From Chrysomallon squamiferum (lineage: Eukaryota; Animalia; Mollusca), in NCBI GenBank assembly GCA_012295275.1, contig CM022670.1, positions 2,728,001-2,792,000 on the forward strand: a stretch of DNA of 64,000 nt, written 5' to 3'. Both the position numbers and the translations under genes were made by a program. Positions 45,638 through 58,534 of this stretch are shown one piece after another. Under the pieces are notes generated by a model. That model had not been told where the DNA came from. It saw only the letters and a program-made list of their open reading frames with translations, and ran no database searches. The stretch's first letter is position 1; the number at the start of each line of letters is the position of its first letter.

Positions 45638-45993
45638 CTAATTTGCACTGACGTTTTCATTATTTGTCTTGATGAAATGTTGCAGAGCTGGTATCGTTAG
45701 AATGACACAGATACTCACATATATCAAAGCAGGCACTAGACATCAGTAGAAAAAAAAACACAAATGAGTTTTAGAAGAAGAAAAGATTAAAAAAAAAAAA
45801 AAAAAAAAAAATAGTTACTTCGTTTAAAAGTTAAACACTTAAAACAGAAATACAATCTGTGAGGAGAGAGCCAGAATAAATACATCAGATAATAAATTTA
45901 GAAAATCACAATATTTTTTTTTTATAATATCAATCATTCCTTTAAAACATTTAACTGTTAGTGGAAAAAAAAATTAGAATATTATTTTAACTG

Positions 45994-46032
<39 letters not shown>

Positions 46033-47893
46033 AAATCTATACATTCTGGAAATGGTTGTTTTACTTATCAAACTGTATCTATGATGTGCAAACAAATAGT
46101 ATACTCGCATTCTTTCCCACATCCAAGTATTTGTTTCAGTTGCTGGAAACTAACTTTTGTCAGTAATGAAGTCTGACAGTAATACAACAAACCTGTCAAG
46201 AAGCATGGAGCCAGACTTTTTGTTTCTTTCTGGTATGCTAATGACATCATTTCAGAGAAGTTGTAGATAGTGACAGATATTGCACCTGTAGTAAATCCAG
46301 TAATATGTCCTTGTTTAATGATAATGTAGCTGGATCAGGTTTGTCATATTCAGGTGCCATGGTTCTGGGATCTCTTCTCAGTACTGACAACAGTGTAAAA
46401 GTATAATATTTATAATCTTTCTAAAACAAATTTCAAACATAAGTACACAACAGCACTCACTCAAAAGCCAAAATGTTTTCATAAAGGGAAAATTGTGAAT
46501 GAGATGAATGTTTCTGCTTTGTTATTTGGTACCCTTGAAATCAGTTAAAATCTACTGAATAGTATATGACAGTAAATACAGCAATAACCTGGGTGATATA
46601 TTTATAATACCTTTACCATAACAAATGTATTCTGGTATGCATAAAACAGCATTAATGTTTGATATGCCATTTGACATAATAATATTATTTGGCATTATCT
46701 AATAACATCATCAACAACAACAACACACAAAAATAATAATAGCAGAAGCAACCACAGCAACAACTGCAATTGTAATAAGAAAAGTAAAAATAATTATAAT
46801 AATAATAAACAATAATAATAATAAATCAGATACTTGATCAAACTTTGATACAACCAATTATTTAGATAAAATCAATAAATTAAAAACACATGAGCAGTAA
46901 AATAACTGTATAAAACTTAAATTTTATATATAATAATTTTATAGAATTATTCAGATTTTTTTTTTCAAAAATGGATGGTGTCAGTTTCAGTTATATAAAA
47001 AAAAAAATAAAAAAAAAAAAAAAATAAAATAACATCAACATGAATGATTAAACTGTTTCCTAACTCTTCACTGTTGATTGTTAGATTTCTGTGACTTGAA
47101 AATTGTATTTCCACCATTTATTCTCTACCTGTATATTTTTACCTGAACTTTTTAATAGATTTTTTTTTACAGTTGTGAAACAGTGTAAAGCAAGACTGAC
47201 ATTGCTAACAATAAAACGTAGTTGTAACTTTTGTGCATTGTTTATGTTTTGGCATTAATTATATGCCTGATGGCAGCAGTATTCAAAACAAAAAATTTAT
47301 AATAGAAAAAAAGTTTGATATGAGATTAATCCAGTAGATCTATTTATTATTATTATTATTATTATTTTCTAATTTTTTTTTATTTTTTATTTTTTTATGT
47401 CAGATGAAATTTTGATTTATGGAACCATATAAATTGTATATTTTTTTATTAATTTATTTTTATTTGTTTTATTATTTTTTTTTATAAATTACATAAATAT
47501 ATATATATTTTTTTAACTTTTAATTTAGAAAATATTTTAACTGAAGTAAAAGGTTTTGAAATTTATTGTTCTTTCTTTTTCCTTCATAAAAATGTTATTT
47601 GTTTTAAAGAACAGCTTGAGCAAAATGTTGTTTCAGACTGAGTGACAGTAAAATAAAATAAAAGAGCAGGAAAAACACACAAAAAACCACAAAAAACAAA
47701 CAACAAACAACCTCCATCCTAACTTTATTTATTTACTTATTTATTTTATTAATTACTTCCATTTCAGCCATTTCCAGTATATCCTCTACTCACTGTGAAA
47801 AGAAGTGTACAAAAGATTCCTTATTGTTTAATAACTAAAGTATTTCATACTGTTGTGGGAACCACCTGTTTATTTATTTATTTATTTTTGCAG

Positions 47894-48074
47894 GTTTCTG
47901 CAGTCGACCCAGAATGTGGTGCAAATGCTCCTGTGACCTATCACCTCGTCAACAGTGTGGACAGGCCACAAGAATTCAGCATCGGCAACGAAACTGGACA
48001 ACTGTGTATATCAAGTCCACTGGACTATGAACAGTACCAGACATATGACTTCTTCATCCAAGCCAGCGACAGAG
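47894..48074 (+). CDS. ds: ds exon A (EC6), phase 0-1
   Basis: ttgcag|GTTTCT ... AGAG|gtgaat; VSAVDPECG...LDYEQYQTYDFFIQASDR. Confidence 0.93.
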
Positions 48075-48483
48075 GTGAATTTTTGTTTTGTTAGATGATC
48101 ATTGGTGTAACATGAATACACTGTTCTGTACAATTATTCATGAACATAAGAACATTTATCTCTTTAACTTTGATATCTTTTTTAATATGTTTTAAATACT
48201 GTTATGAATAAAATGAAAAAAATATTTTTGATGATAAAGTTTAAAATGTGTATAAATATCTGAGCCTTACATAACATCAGTCTGTAGGGACAAGCTAAAC
48301 TTTTAATTTAAAACCTGAAATATTTCTGGAAAGAGAGAGAGATGAAAGGGATGAAAGACAGACAAATCAGAGATGAATTGAGAGGAAGAAGATAAGAAAC
48401 TCACCCTTCCTACAAATAACAATCAGTGTGTCAATAACAAATATTTAAATTTGTTTATGTTATCATACTTGAACATTTTTCAG

Positions 48484-48711
48484 ATGGTTTACACACAACG
48501 GCACCTGTCAGGGTAGTTGTTGGTGATGTCAATGACAACCACCCCAGCTTCAACCCTGTAGACTACAACATCAACGTTCAGGAGGGTGTTTCCCTGGGGT
48601 CTCTGCTCACTGTGAGGGCTACAGACGCAGACTCAGGCTCTTTTGGCACCGTGGTGTACTCCATCCATTCTGGAAATGACCAGGGCTTCTTCACAATTGA
48701 TCCCAGCAGTG
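48484..48711 (+). CDS. ds: ds exon B (EC6/7), phase 1-1; absent from ORF track
   Basis: ttttcag|AT ... AGTG|gtgaga; DGLHTTAPVRVVVGDVNDNHPSF...ATDADSGSFGTVVYSIHSGNDQGFFTIDPSS. Confidence 0.93.
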
Positions 48712-48721
48712 GTGAGAAATC

Positions 48722-48922
48722 ATTCTAATATACACCATATGTAAATGATTCTAGTATACACCATATGTAAATGGTTCTAGTATACACCACATATAAATGA
48801 TTCTAGTATACACCATATGTAAATGATTCTAGTATACACTATATATAAATGATTCTAGTATACACCACATATAAAGGATTCTAGTATACACCATATGTAA
48901 ATGATTCTAATATATATCACAT
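48722..48922. repeat. 26-bp minisatellite, about 7.5 units (attctagtatacaccatatgtaaatg)
   Basis: units at 48722, 48748, 48774 ... 48904. Confidence 0.95.
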
Positions 48923-49327
48923 ATTATCATTATTACATGACACATTATGTCATAGTGAAGATACTATTACTTAATTAGCTTTATAAAGCATATTTCGATA
49001 AGTGTGTAATAGTGTAAATTAGAGACATCATGTTTTTGAATATGTGCTATGTTATATTGGTTGATAGTCTGAAAAATGGAATATATTAAATACATATTGC
49101 TGTTATTATATAAGGAATAATGTGATGTTGAGAGAATGTGTGCGTGCGTGTGTGCATATGTGTGTGTGGGCTCTACATAGTATAAATGGAATTTAGTATA
49201 AGGAATGTTTTAGAGTCATTACATATACAATATTTTACATGCATGGATTTATTAATTGCATTTATACACACTGTTAAATTTATATAAACTTCATGACTCC
49301 TCACCTTAATTTATTTCTTTTGTGAAG

Positions 49328-49572
49328 GAGTTATCTTTCTTGCCAAGCCTTTGCCTCGAGGGGAGCGGGTGTACAACCTGCAGGTTCAGGCAACTGATGG
49401 TGGGTCGCTGCAAGCCCACCAAGCAGCGCGGGTCACCATCAGTGTCATCGACGCCAACGTCCACCCAGCAACATTCAGTCACCTTGTGTACAACTTCAGC
49501 ATCTCTGAAGGGGCAGCTCTCAACTCACTGGTGGGACAGGTGCATGCAACCCCCAGAGTGGACAGAAGTCAG
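49328..49572 (+). CDS. ds: ds exon C (EC7/8); 3' end has a phase conflict
   Basis: tgtgaag|GA ... CAG|gtgagc; GVIFLAKPLPRGERVYNLQVQATDGG...FSISEGAALNSLVGQVHAT. Confidence 0.85.
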
Positions 49573-50019
49573 GTGAGCTGGTTTTGTATTTGTTGATTAC
49601 TGGTACATATTGTAGATGATATAACATGACTGGGCATTTTAAATACATATTATATCACAATATTAGTTAACCCCATGTAATTATATATTCAGTTAATTTC
49701 GTTTAGTATAATTTTAAACTCAAATCAATGCATGCCACCAAATTTATATTTTTTCATTTCCAGCTCCATAACTTTATTTTATGCCATACTTCTTTAGGCC
49801 AGTGTTTATTAATAATTATAATTTAAATTTATTTGTAGGATTTTGAAATGAGCAAAATATGTTATATGTTGCTCAGTGGTATGCAAGACTCAGATTTTAT
49901 TAAATTCTAATCAATATTATGCATATTACTGGCTAGACATAATAATTTTATATATACTGGATATATTTTATTTTACTGCAGACAGTTTTATGCATATTTT
50001 AAACAAATCTTATTTTCAG

Positions 50020-50180
50020 TGAAGTACTCCATTTTGTCTGGTAGTCATGGTTGGTTTAACATTGACCCAGTGTCAGGATCCATTGTGTCATCTGGTGTGA
50101 TAGACCGCGAAATCCTCCTGTCTGTTCTTCTGAACGTCCAGGCAGAGGCAGGGAACCCCCCAGTGTACTCTACAGCTCAG
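50020..50180 (+). CDS. ds: ds exon D (EC8), phase 1-0
   Basis: attttcag|TGAAGTAC ... CAG|gtaatt; KYSILSGSHGWFNIDPVSG...IDRE...GNPPVYSTAQ. Confidence 0.88.
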
Positions 50181-50274
50181 GTAATTACTGAGTCACACAG
50201 CAAGTACTTTAGAACAGAATTAAACTACTGATACACTGATCAACATCTCTTTCACACCCATCATAGAACCATCC

Positions 50275-50990
50275 AGTCCATATGTAATTTAGTTTCAGAT
50301 ATTTTTCCTTACCCCTGAATCTTCCAAGTGTTTCTTAGTTCCTAAACAAAACCTGAAAATCAATAATAACATACAACAGCCCCTCTTTACTCAAACCCAC
50401 CCCAATTAGTCCATAATTATGTAATTTAGATTCAGATACTTTAACCCACTACAATATCTTCATAATCTTTAATAATTTTATTGAATCACCTGTTCATAAC
50501 AAAGAATTCTGAAAATCATTAGTAATACAGTTTGAGACAACTCTACCCCTTCTTACCCACAGTCCTTAATGTTTTTAGTGACTTAGACACAAACACCCTG
50601 CACCCACCAGCATCTGCCTAATCTTTACTTCCAAGCACCTGTCTGGAAGAAAAAGTTGTGAAAATCATGAGTAATGTTGTTTCAGACTAGCCCAAGTCTT
50701 CCAAATCTTTACAATTTACATTCAGATATCATCCCACCATAGCAATACATTTCTAATCTTTAGTAATTAATTGAAACACTTGTCTGTAAGAACAAATTCA
50801 GAAAATTCTGAGTATTATTGTTTCAGATTGCTTCTCCTTATCCTAAGTCTTCCAAGTCTTTAGTAATTTAGATTCAGACAGCCTCCACTTCAGCACACCA
50901 CTGTCTTCCTAATCTCCAGTGATTTAGTTTCAGACTGTAACCTCCGCCTTGCAGTATTCTTCAAAGAGCCAGTGATTTAGTTTTAAACTT
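50275..50990. repeat. ancient ~150-bp tandem array
   Basis: gaaaatca..agtaat anchors near 50353, 50509, 50659 and 50799; sub-motif taatttag(a/t)ttcaga recurs. Confidence 0.75.
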
Positions 50991-51529
50991 CCTTGTTTCT
51001 TATTCCTCACCTTTAAAGTGCAGGTGTTCTGGCTGTTAAAAAGATGTATCTTTCCTTTTCACCTTTTGTATATTTTTTTATTCTTTTTTTTTTTTTTTTT
51101 TTTTTTTTTGAAAATTGTTTTAAAATTTATGACCAAGATATAGCTGAAGTTGGTGACTATGGTAAATGTTAACCATAGTCAATAATTTGCTTGTCAACTG
51201 ACTTTGGTTTACAACCAGGAATTGCTTAAAAAAATAATAATAATAAAAAAAAAAAAAAATAAAAAAAACATTTTTAAAAACTAAATAAATAAAAGTGAAA
51301 AAAAAAAGAAGAAAATTAATAATTGGAAAAAAGTTAAATATAAAAATGGTACAGAATTGTTAGTGAACGCCATGCATTTTGTTTAAAACATAAAGTTTTA
51401 ATACGCTGTACATAAAACATGGTCTGATAAAACTACAGAAACTATTCCACCTGAAAAGGTATGTTTTGTCTCTAGCCTTTTCTTTCCCACACACATAATG
51501 AATTTTAAAGATAAAATGAGTGAATGTGA

Positions 51530-51576
<47 letters not shown>

Positions 51577-51980
51577 TGTGTGTGTCTAAATACATTCATA
51601 TGAAAAAGCTAATACTTGACAGCTGTTAATGTCCTATTTTAAAAAAATCTACATAAATACTACAACTTGACATTATTTATTGTTCTTAATAAATCATATC
51701 TCAGGTTGTGCTACAGTTTTATATTATATCTTTCTGGTCTTTTTTTTCTTGGTAAAATTACATTTTCTAATATTTGTAGAAGATTTATAATATTTTGGAA
51801 TGTAATAAATCTTATTTTAGAAATATTTTAATGTTACATTCCTGGTATGAGTTATACAAATGTTTCTAATTTAAAAAAAATAAAAATGTTTTATGTTTGT
51901 TTTGTTTTTTATCAGTACTTAAATTTGAAAATATTTAGAGAACAGGGCAATCAGTTTGAATATTTATTAATATTATCAAT

Positions 51981-52011
<31 letters not shown>

Positions 52012-52423
52012 TGTTATAAAATATTAACTAATAGTAATGATGTTTGGCAAATGCAGATTTAGGTTTAAATACTAAAAGTTTGTTACAACTGAGTATTACA
52101 AACTTTATTTTAACTAACAGTGAAGTTTGGAAATATTAGAAAATGGTTCCTTTTATATTGTTAATATTTACTGCCATTAAATGTTATAAATTTCATTTGA
52201 CACTGAAATTTTAAAATACAGTTTTGCAGATGAATATCTACATTTGACAGTTACAAACTTTGTTTAAGAAGTTTTAAAATGTTACATTGTTTATTGGTGA
52301 GACTTTGCAGTTATTTTGATTATTATAAATTTCTTTTACAACTAACACTGACATGTATGTCTTTCTTAAGTCACAGGTGAATTAATTGTTCGTAATAATA
52401 ATAATCTATTCTTCTGTGTGCAG

Positions 52424-53549
52424 GTGAACATCACTATCCAGGATGCCAATGACAACTCTCCGTCATTCTTGTTGATGAACAGTAGGCTGGAGATCAGTGA
52501 GCGGGAAGACCGGTCTCCAGACTCCACTGTGTACATCGCACAGGCTAAAGACCCTGATGCTGGAAACAATGGCACAGTTCGGTACAGACTGGTCAACAAC
52601 CCAGACAACTCATTCCACATCGAACCGATCAGTGGAGAAATCAGACTGAGCCAGGCACTGGATTATGAGAAACGCCACAGTTACGAGTTGGTTATTGTCG
52701 GTTACGACCAGGGAACTCCAGTTCCACGAAGCTCCACCATGACACTTGTCATCAACCTCAAAGATGTCAATGACAACCGACCGGTTTTCTCAAAGAGTGT
52801 TTATGATTTCTATGTGATGGAAAACTCACCGGTGAGCTCGTCCAGGTTTGCCCAGGTGAATGCTACTGACCTGGACTCGGATGAGAATGGCCGAGTGTAC
52901 TACACCTTTCAGAAATCTCCATACACATCACTGTTTGGAATCAACCCTCCAGATGGCAGTCTGTATGTCAAAGGTCAGTTAGATCGCGAAGAAAGAGATT
53001 TGTACGTTATGACCGTTGTTGCAACAGACTACGGAAAAATTCCATCAAAATTATCGTCCACTGCAGTTATTAAAATCCATGTTCAAGATGTCAATGATAA
53101 CATCCCTATTTTCTCCAGCAATGAGTACCATTTCAGCATTGAAGAAAACCTTCCTGTTGGTAGCACTGTTGGATACCTGGCTGCCAAAGATCTTGATTCA
53201 GGTGCAAATGGAGAACTGCGATTTTCATTCAAAACTCATCAGTCTGATTTTGTCATCAACCCTCACAATGGTGAGATCACGACCAGACAGGAGCTGGACA
53301 GAGAGCACACGGCAGGCTACGAGCTGCAGGCAGAGGTGTCCGACAAGGGCGTGCCTCCAAATGTGGCATCGACGATGGTGAAAATTTCTGTTCTGGACTC
53401 CAATGACAATGCTCCATCGTTTGAGCACACCGGTGATGAGATTGAGTCAGTGGAAGAGAACAGACCTAAAGGAACCCGTGTGGTTCAGATAGTGGCTCAT
53501 GACCCTGATGCAATGGAGAATGGATCCGTGTCATACTGGTTGGATGAAA
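52424..53549 (+). CDS. ds: ds exon E (end of EC8 to EC12), phase 0-1
   Basis: tgtgcag|GTGAAC ... GAAA|gtaaga; within ORF 52418..53560; four DxNDN linkers. Confidence 0.96.
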
Positions 53550-53932
53550 GTAAGAAATGATTTTTCTTTTTGTTATTTTTTTTATTTTAAAAAAAAAAAA
53601 AAAAAAAAAAATTCCTATTGGGTTGGGTGGGTGTGTGAGTATGGACATACAGCTGTATGTGTGAGAGAGTGAAAGAGAAATATGTCTGGTATTTAGTTAC
53701 CAGATCATTTTGAATTTTTATAATCTAATAACAGTATTGTTTTTATAACTCCACAACTTGTAACCAACTTTTGAAAGTAATTAATCTCCATAGTGATAAA
53801 ACAGATTTCACAGATCTATCAGTTAACAGACAAAAGTTTCTCCAAACGAATATAATTATAAAAAAGCACAAGTTGAATATAAATAATGCAAATTAGAAAC
53901 TAATTTTTAAATTTGATTTCTTTCATTTTTAG

Positions 53933-54973
53933 ATCAAAGTGAAGCCAGTAGTTTGAAAAACTTTGCCATCCACCCAAGCACAGGATGGATTACAACAAAA
54001 GAGGTTCTGGACTATGAGACCAAGAATCAGTACATCCTTACAGTGATAGCCAGGGATGGGGGTTCCCCACCCCGACAGAGAATCCACACCATCACCATCA
54101 ATGTGAGAGATGACAATGACGAGGCTCCACTGTTCCATGCCAGGAACATTTCTTTTTCTGTTGTGGAGAACACTCGAATTGGAACAGTGGTGGGGAAGGT
54201 CACAGCTTATGACAAAGATTCAGGAGACAATGGTAAGGTATCTTACTACATTGTGTCTGGAAATGTGTTCAGTCTGTTCAATGTGGACCGTGAGACTGGA
54301 GAAATCATCAGTATAAGAGAAATAGACTATGAAGAATCATCATCACACACTCTGGGCATCAAGGCCATAGACAACAATGCTGTGTATCCCAAAAGCAGCA
54401 ACATCAGTGTTACAATCCAGGTGATAGACCAGAATGACAATGCTCCAGTGTTTGAGCAGGATCCAGTTGTTCTGAGGACTGTCAAAGAAAACACTCCTGT
54501 TGACCACATCGTCTACACCTTCACAGCTACAGACATGGACTCCAGCATCAATGGAACAGTCCAGTACTCCATTGCCAAACAGTCTTTCTCAGGCCCAAGT
54601 CCTGGTCACCGGTCCTATTTCAGCATCAACAGAAACTCAGGACAGCTGAGAATCAGTTCCAGAATTGACTATGAGAAAGTACATCAGATATCTCTGATTG
54701 TTGAGGCCAGGGATTCCTGCCCTCATGTGGACTGTGTGCTCAATTCCTCTGTGACTACAATTGTCTACGTCATTGATGTCAATGACAACTCACCAGTGTT
54801 TGAGTCTCGAGAGAAAGTTTACATCTTCGAGGATGAGCCAATCAACTATCCTGTGCTCTACATCATTGCTGTGGATAACGATTCAAATGAAAACAACAGT
54901 GGCAACAATGTCATCAGTTATGATATTGAGAATGGAAATGAGAAAGGGAAATTCCTTCTAGATTCAATGACTG
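53933..54973 (+). CDS. ds: ds exon F (EC12-15), phase 1-1
   Basis: tttttag|ATCAA ... ACTG|gtgagt; overlaps ORF 53953..55020. Confidence 0.96.
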
Positions 54974-55298
54974 GTGAGTTACATATATCAAATTTTTATG
55001 CTTTTTATTTTTTTCAGTAAAATGAATACAACATTGAACTTTCATTTATATTGCAGAACTTAAGTTACAGGTAACCAAATTAGCCACTGACATAAGTTTT
55101 GAAAAGAAAGGCAAATCAAATCTGCAGATAGTTAAAACATTTGGCTAAGCATTTGTTCACACTAGTTGATCATTTCCAAAAATGTCTTTTGAGTATTCAT
55201 GTTATCACAATTCATGAAAATAACAAGGAAAAACGTTTTTATAATCATTTTAAAAATTACATACCTGAACTTATTTATCTTGCATTTTAATTACCCAG

Positions 55299-55538
55299 GG
55301 CTGCTGACCATTGCAAAGAGTTTGGACAGGGAGCAGGAACACAGGTATGTTTTGAACATCAGTGCTCGGGATCATGGGTCACCAAAGCGCATCACACATC
55401 AGCTGCTTCACCTGTACATTGAAGACGTCAACGACAATGCTCCCAGCTTTGGCCTGTCTGTGTACCACGCCACAGTGAGAGAGAATCTCAACCCTGGAGT
55501 TACTGTTGTTAGCATCCACGCAAGTGATGAAGATACTG
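55299..55538 (+). CDS. ds: ds exon G, phase 1-1
   Basis: acccag|GGCTG ... ACTG|gtgagt; GLLTIAKSLDREQEH...EDVNDNAPSF...ASDEDT. Confidence 0.94.
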
Positions 55539-55978
55539 GTGAGTAGGAGAATCTGTTCTGTGCTTTTAATATTCTGAAAGTTCAAGTGTATATGTGTTAC
55601 ACTTGTAATCCAAGGCCTTGTGATGCTTGGCATATGTTAGTTGTTGTCTAAGAAATAATTAAAAAAGAAAGTATGGTGCAAGATAATGAATTGTCTGCCT
55701 CAGACACTGTTACTATGTTAGAGGATTAGTTAGACTGAAGATATTAAAATAAAAAAATTAATGTTATAAAATTGCTATGCTAACTTAATTTATATTCAAA
55801 ACAGTGTATTATCAGTATTGCCCCTATCATTGTCATTCTAATCAGATATATGGCTGTAGTCCCATGAGGTGGACTAGTTGATTGAACTTTAATTTAATAT
55901 ATCAAAATAAAATTGTAAAAGATATTAGATGGTAAACAGCTTTATTTTGTTCTTCTAGTCACTGTTTCTATTTTAATA

Positions 55979-56013
<35 letters not shown>

Positions 56014-56030
56014 TAATTATTATTTAATAG

Positions 56031-56165
56031 GTCGAAATGGAAACCTGACTTACATAATACCGGATGGTATAGCTGATGACAAGTTTAAAATCGACCCAGT
56101 CACTGGAATAATCAGCACAACTGTCAGATTAGACAGAGAGGAACAGAGCAGATACAACTTTACTG
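56031..56165 (+). CDS. ds: ds exon H, phase 1-1
   Basis: ttaatag|GTCGA ... ACTG|gtgagt; GRNGNLTYIIPDG...LDREEQSRYNFT. Confidence 0.93.
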
Positions 56166-56531
56166 GTGAGTACTAAATTTGTCTCATAATTAATTAACAG
56201 TTTACAGTAATAATAACTGGTAAATACATCGCTTATTTCTTGGTCATGAATGAAATATATAATAGATTTACTTATTGTTAATTATATATTCTGTAAATTA
56301 CTGCTGCAGAAACAACTTAGAATCATCATATTCATTTTAGTAAAATGATTTATAAATAAATAGTCATGAATAAATGTATTAATACCATCATGCATTGTAA
56401 TCATCATTACATTAATTATCATCATTATTATTGTCACTGTTGTTGTTCCTGTTGTTGTTGTTGTTCCTGTTGTTGTTGTTGTTGTTGTTGTTCCTGTTGT
56501 TGCTGTTACTGTAACAACTCTTCTGTTTCAG

Positions 56532-56741
56532 CCTATGTTCATGACTCTGGCTACCCGACTCTGTACAATCAGACCAGTGTGATTGTAGAGGTTCTTGATG
56601 TTAATGACCACTCCCCAATCTTCAGAAGTAAATCCCACGTCCTAAACATCCCTGAGAACTCCCCCCAGACATCTATCCTGGCCCTTGTTGCTAATGACAA
56701 CGATTCTGGTGATAATGCCAAAATAACTTATTCCATTCGAG
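56532..56741 (+). CDS. ds: ds exon I, phase 1-1
   Basis: gtttcag|CCTAT ... CGAG|gtgagt; AYVHDSGYP...LDVNDHSPIF...ITYSIR. Confidence 0.94.
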
Positions 56742-56965
56742 GTGAGTCTTTTTTTGTTTTTTATTTATTTAAATTTTTTTTTTTTTTTTTTTTTGGTGTG
56801 TGTGAAGTAAAGATTTGTGTTATTTTCATTTCATATGCATTTAACCTGTTCAGTAATTTTTTTTTTTTTTTTTTTGATCTCTATAATGATTACAGTTTTG
56901 TTCTAAGTCCAATACAATGCCTGGACCCTATATATATATATATATATATATATTGTTACTTCCAG

Positions 56966-57216
56966 ATGGTAATGATGGTCACTTCTTCATCAACCCAGTG
57001 ACTGGAGAACTGTCCTGCAACGCTCTGGACAGGGAAACTAAAGACGTGTACACACTGAAAATCATGGGTAGCGACAATGGGCAACCACCCAACGCTGGCT
57101 TCTGTACAGTTCACGTCAGCGTCATTGACGTGAACGACAACAGTCCTCGCTTCTCGCTGTCTCGCTACACAGCAAGCATCCCTGAAGATGTGAAGAAAGG
57201 AGAGACAGTTCTTCAG
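56966..57216 (+). CDS. ds: ds exon J, phase 1-0
   Basis: cttccag|ATGGT ... CAG|gtaatt; DGNDGHFFINPVTG...LDRE...DVNDNSPRF...TVLQ. Confidence 0.94.
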
Positions 57217-57310
57217 GTAATTGTTTGATGTATTCAGATAACACATACTTGAACAAACATGTATATGCTGGAGGTATACATATCCTCACACATAGATTCA
57301 CGTGCTCATG

Positions 57311-57348
<38 letters not shown>

Positions 57349-57561
57349 CTCACTCACATATTTCTGCTTACATAATAATTTATAAAGAAACCCAATTTAT
57401 TTGCATTCAGATGTAAAAAAAACACATTATATATATCCTACCTTACTATTCCAGTGTTTTATTCTGTGACAGATTAATATGTTATTTAAAAGCTGTATCA
57501 AATATTCCAGTCTTACATGTAATATTATTAACTTCTTGCTAATGAACTGTTTAATGTTCAG

Positions 57562-57677
57562 GTTTCTGCTACTGACCCTGACAAGGGACACAATGGAGAG
57601 GTGACATTTGCTGTTGGCAACGACACTGAGGGCTTCTTCACAGTCAACAGTACTTCAGGGGAGATAACTACAACTGG
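57562..57677 (+). CDS. ds: ds exon K, phase 0-2; absent from ORF track
   Basis: tgttcag|GTTTCT ... ACTGG|gtaaga; VSATDPDKGHNGEVTFAVGNDTEGFFTVNSTSGEITTT. Confidence 0.93.
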
Positions 57678-58136
57678 GTAAGATTATTACACAAAATTAT
57701 CTTTGATTATCTTCCCTTTCTGAAAAGTGTTAACAGCTAGTTCCAGAATTTTAAAATAATATAGGTATTAATAGGAATTTATTATTATTGTTTTTAAATC
57801 AGTGAAGTTCCTCACAATTATTAGTGATATATACTTTCCTTTCCATAGGAAGGTGCATATTAAAGATAATGTCCTGCTAATTGAAACAAACAGCAGATTT
57901 CCTTTGTAGCCATTGATGAAAGAATGATGAATGTGCTTTAGACAAATATTTGACATTCAATAGCCAAGAACAGAAAATTAATTAATCTGATCTAAAGGTC
58001 ATTAAAGCAAACTTAGTTTTCTTTCGACCTACATTCTGTTGCTGTGAACTTAGATTTTCTTTCCTTGGAGCTTTCATTTCCCCCATGAACTTACTTTTCC
58101 GACTGTGAACTTACCTTTTCTTTATCTAAATTCCAG

Positions 58137-58534
58137 CCTGTTTGACAGAGAAAAGAAGTCGGTGTACATATTCGACATCATTGCCATTGACGGTGGGATA
58201 TCTGGACCACGCAGTACTGTGGCACGAATTGAGATTTCGCTGCAAGACGTCAACGACAACGCCCCAACTTTCAGAGAAGTCCCGTACAGAAAAACAGTCT
58301 CCCCGTCCACCAGCAAGGGTCAGGAGATCCTCACAGTGTCAGCCACAGACCCAGACTTTGGTGTCAACTCAGCTGTAATATACTCACTTGACCCAAGTTC
58401 ACCTAGTGGACAGATTTTCCACGTCAGTGCCCAGGGGCAGATAACTGCAAATCAGAACTTGATTGGGGTGACTGGTTACCACAATGTGCAAGTGATAGCT
58501 CGAGATGGAGGTTTCCCTGCTCTTAGTTCAACAG
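58137..58534 (+). CDS. ds: ds exon L, phase 2-1
   Basis: attccag|CCTG ... ACAG|gtagaa; LFDREKK...DVNDNAPTF...ARDGGFPALSST. Confidence 0.94.

Noticed and set aside
52370-52385. tcacag|gtgaat 47 nt upstream of the exon E acceptor
   Set aside because: Using it gives V-N-stop out of register with exon E, and the 52424 acceptor fits the protein exactly.
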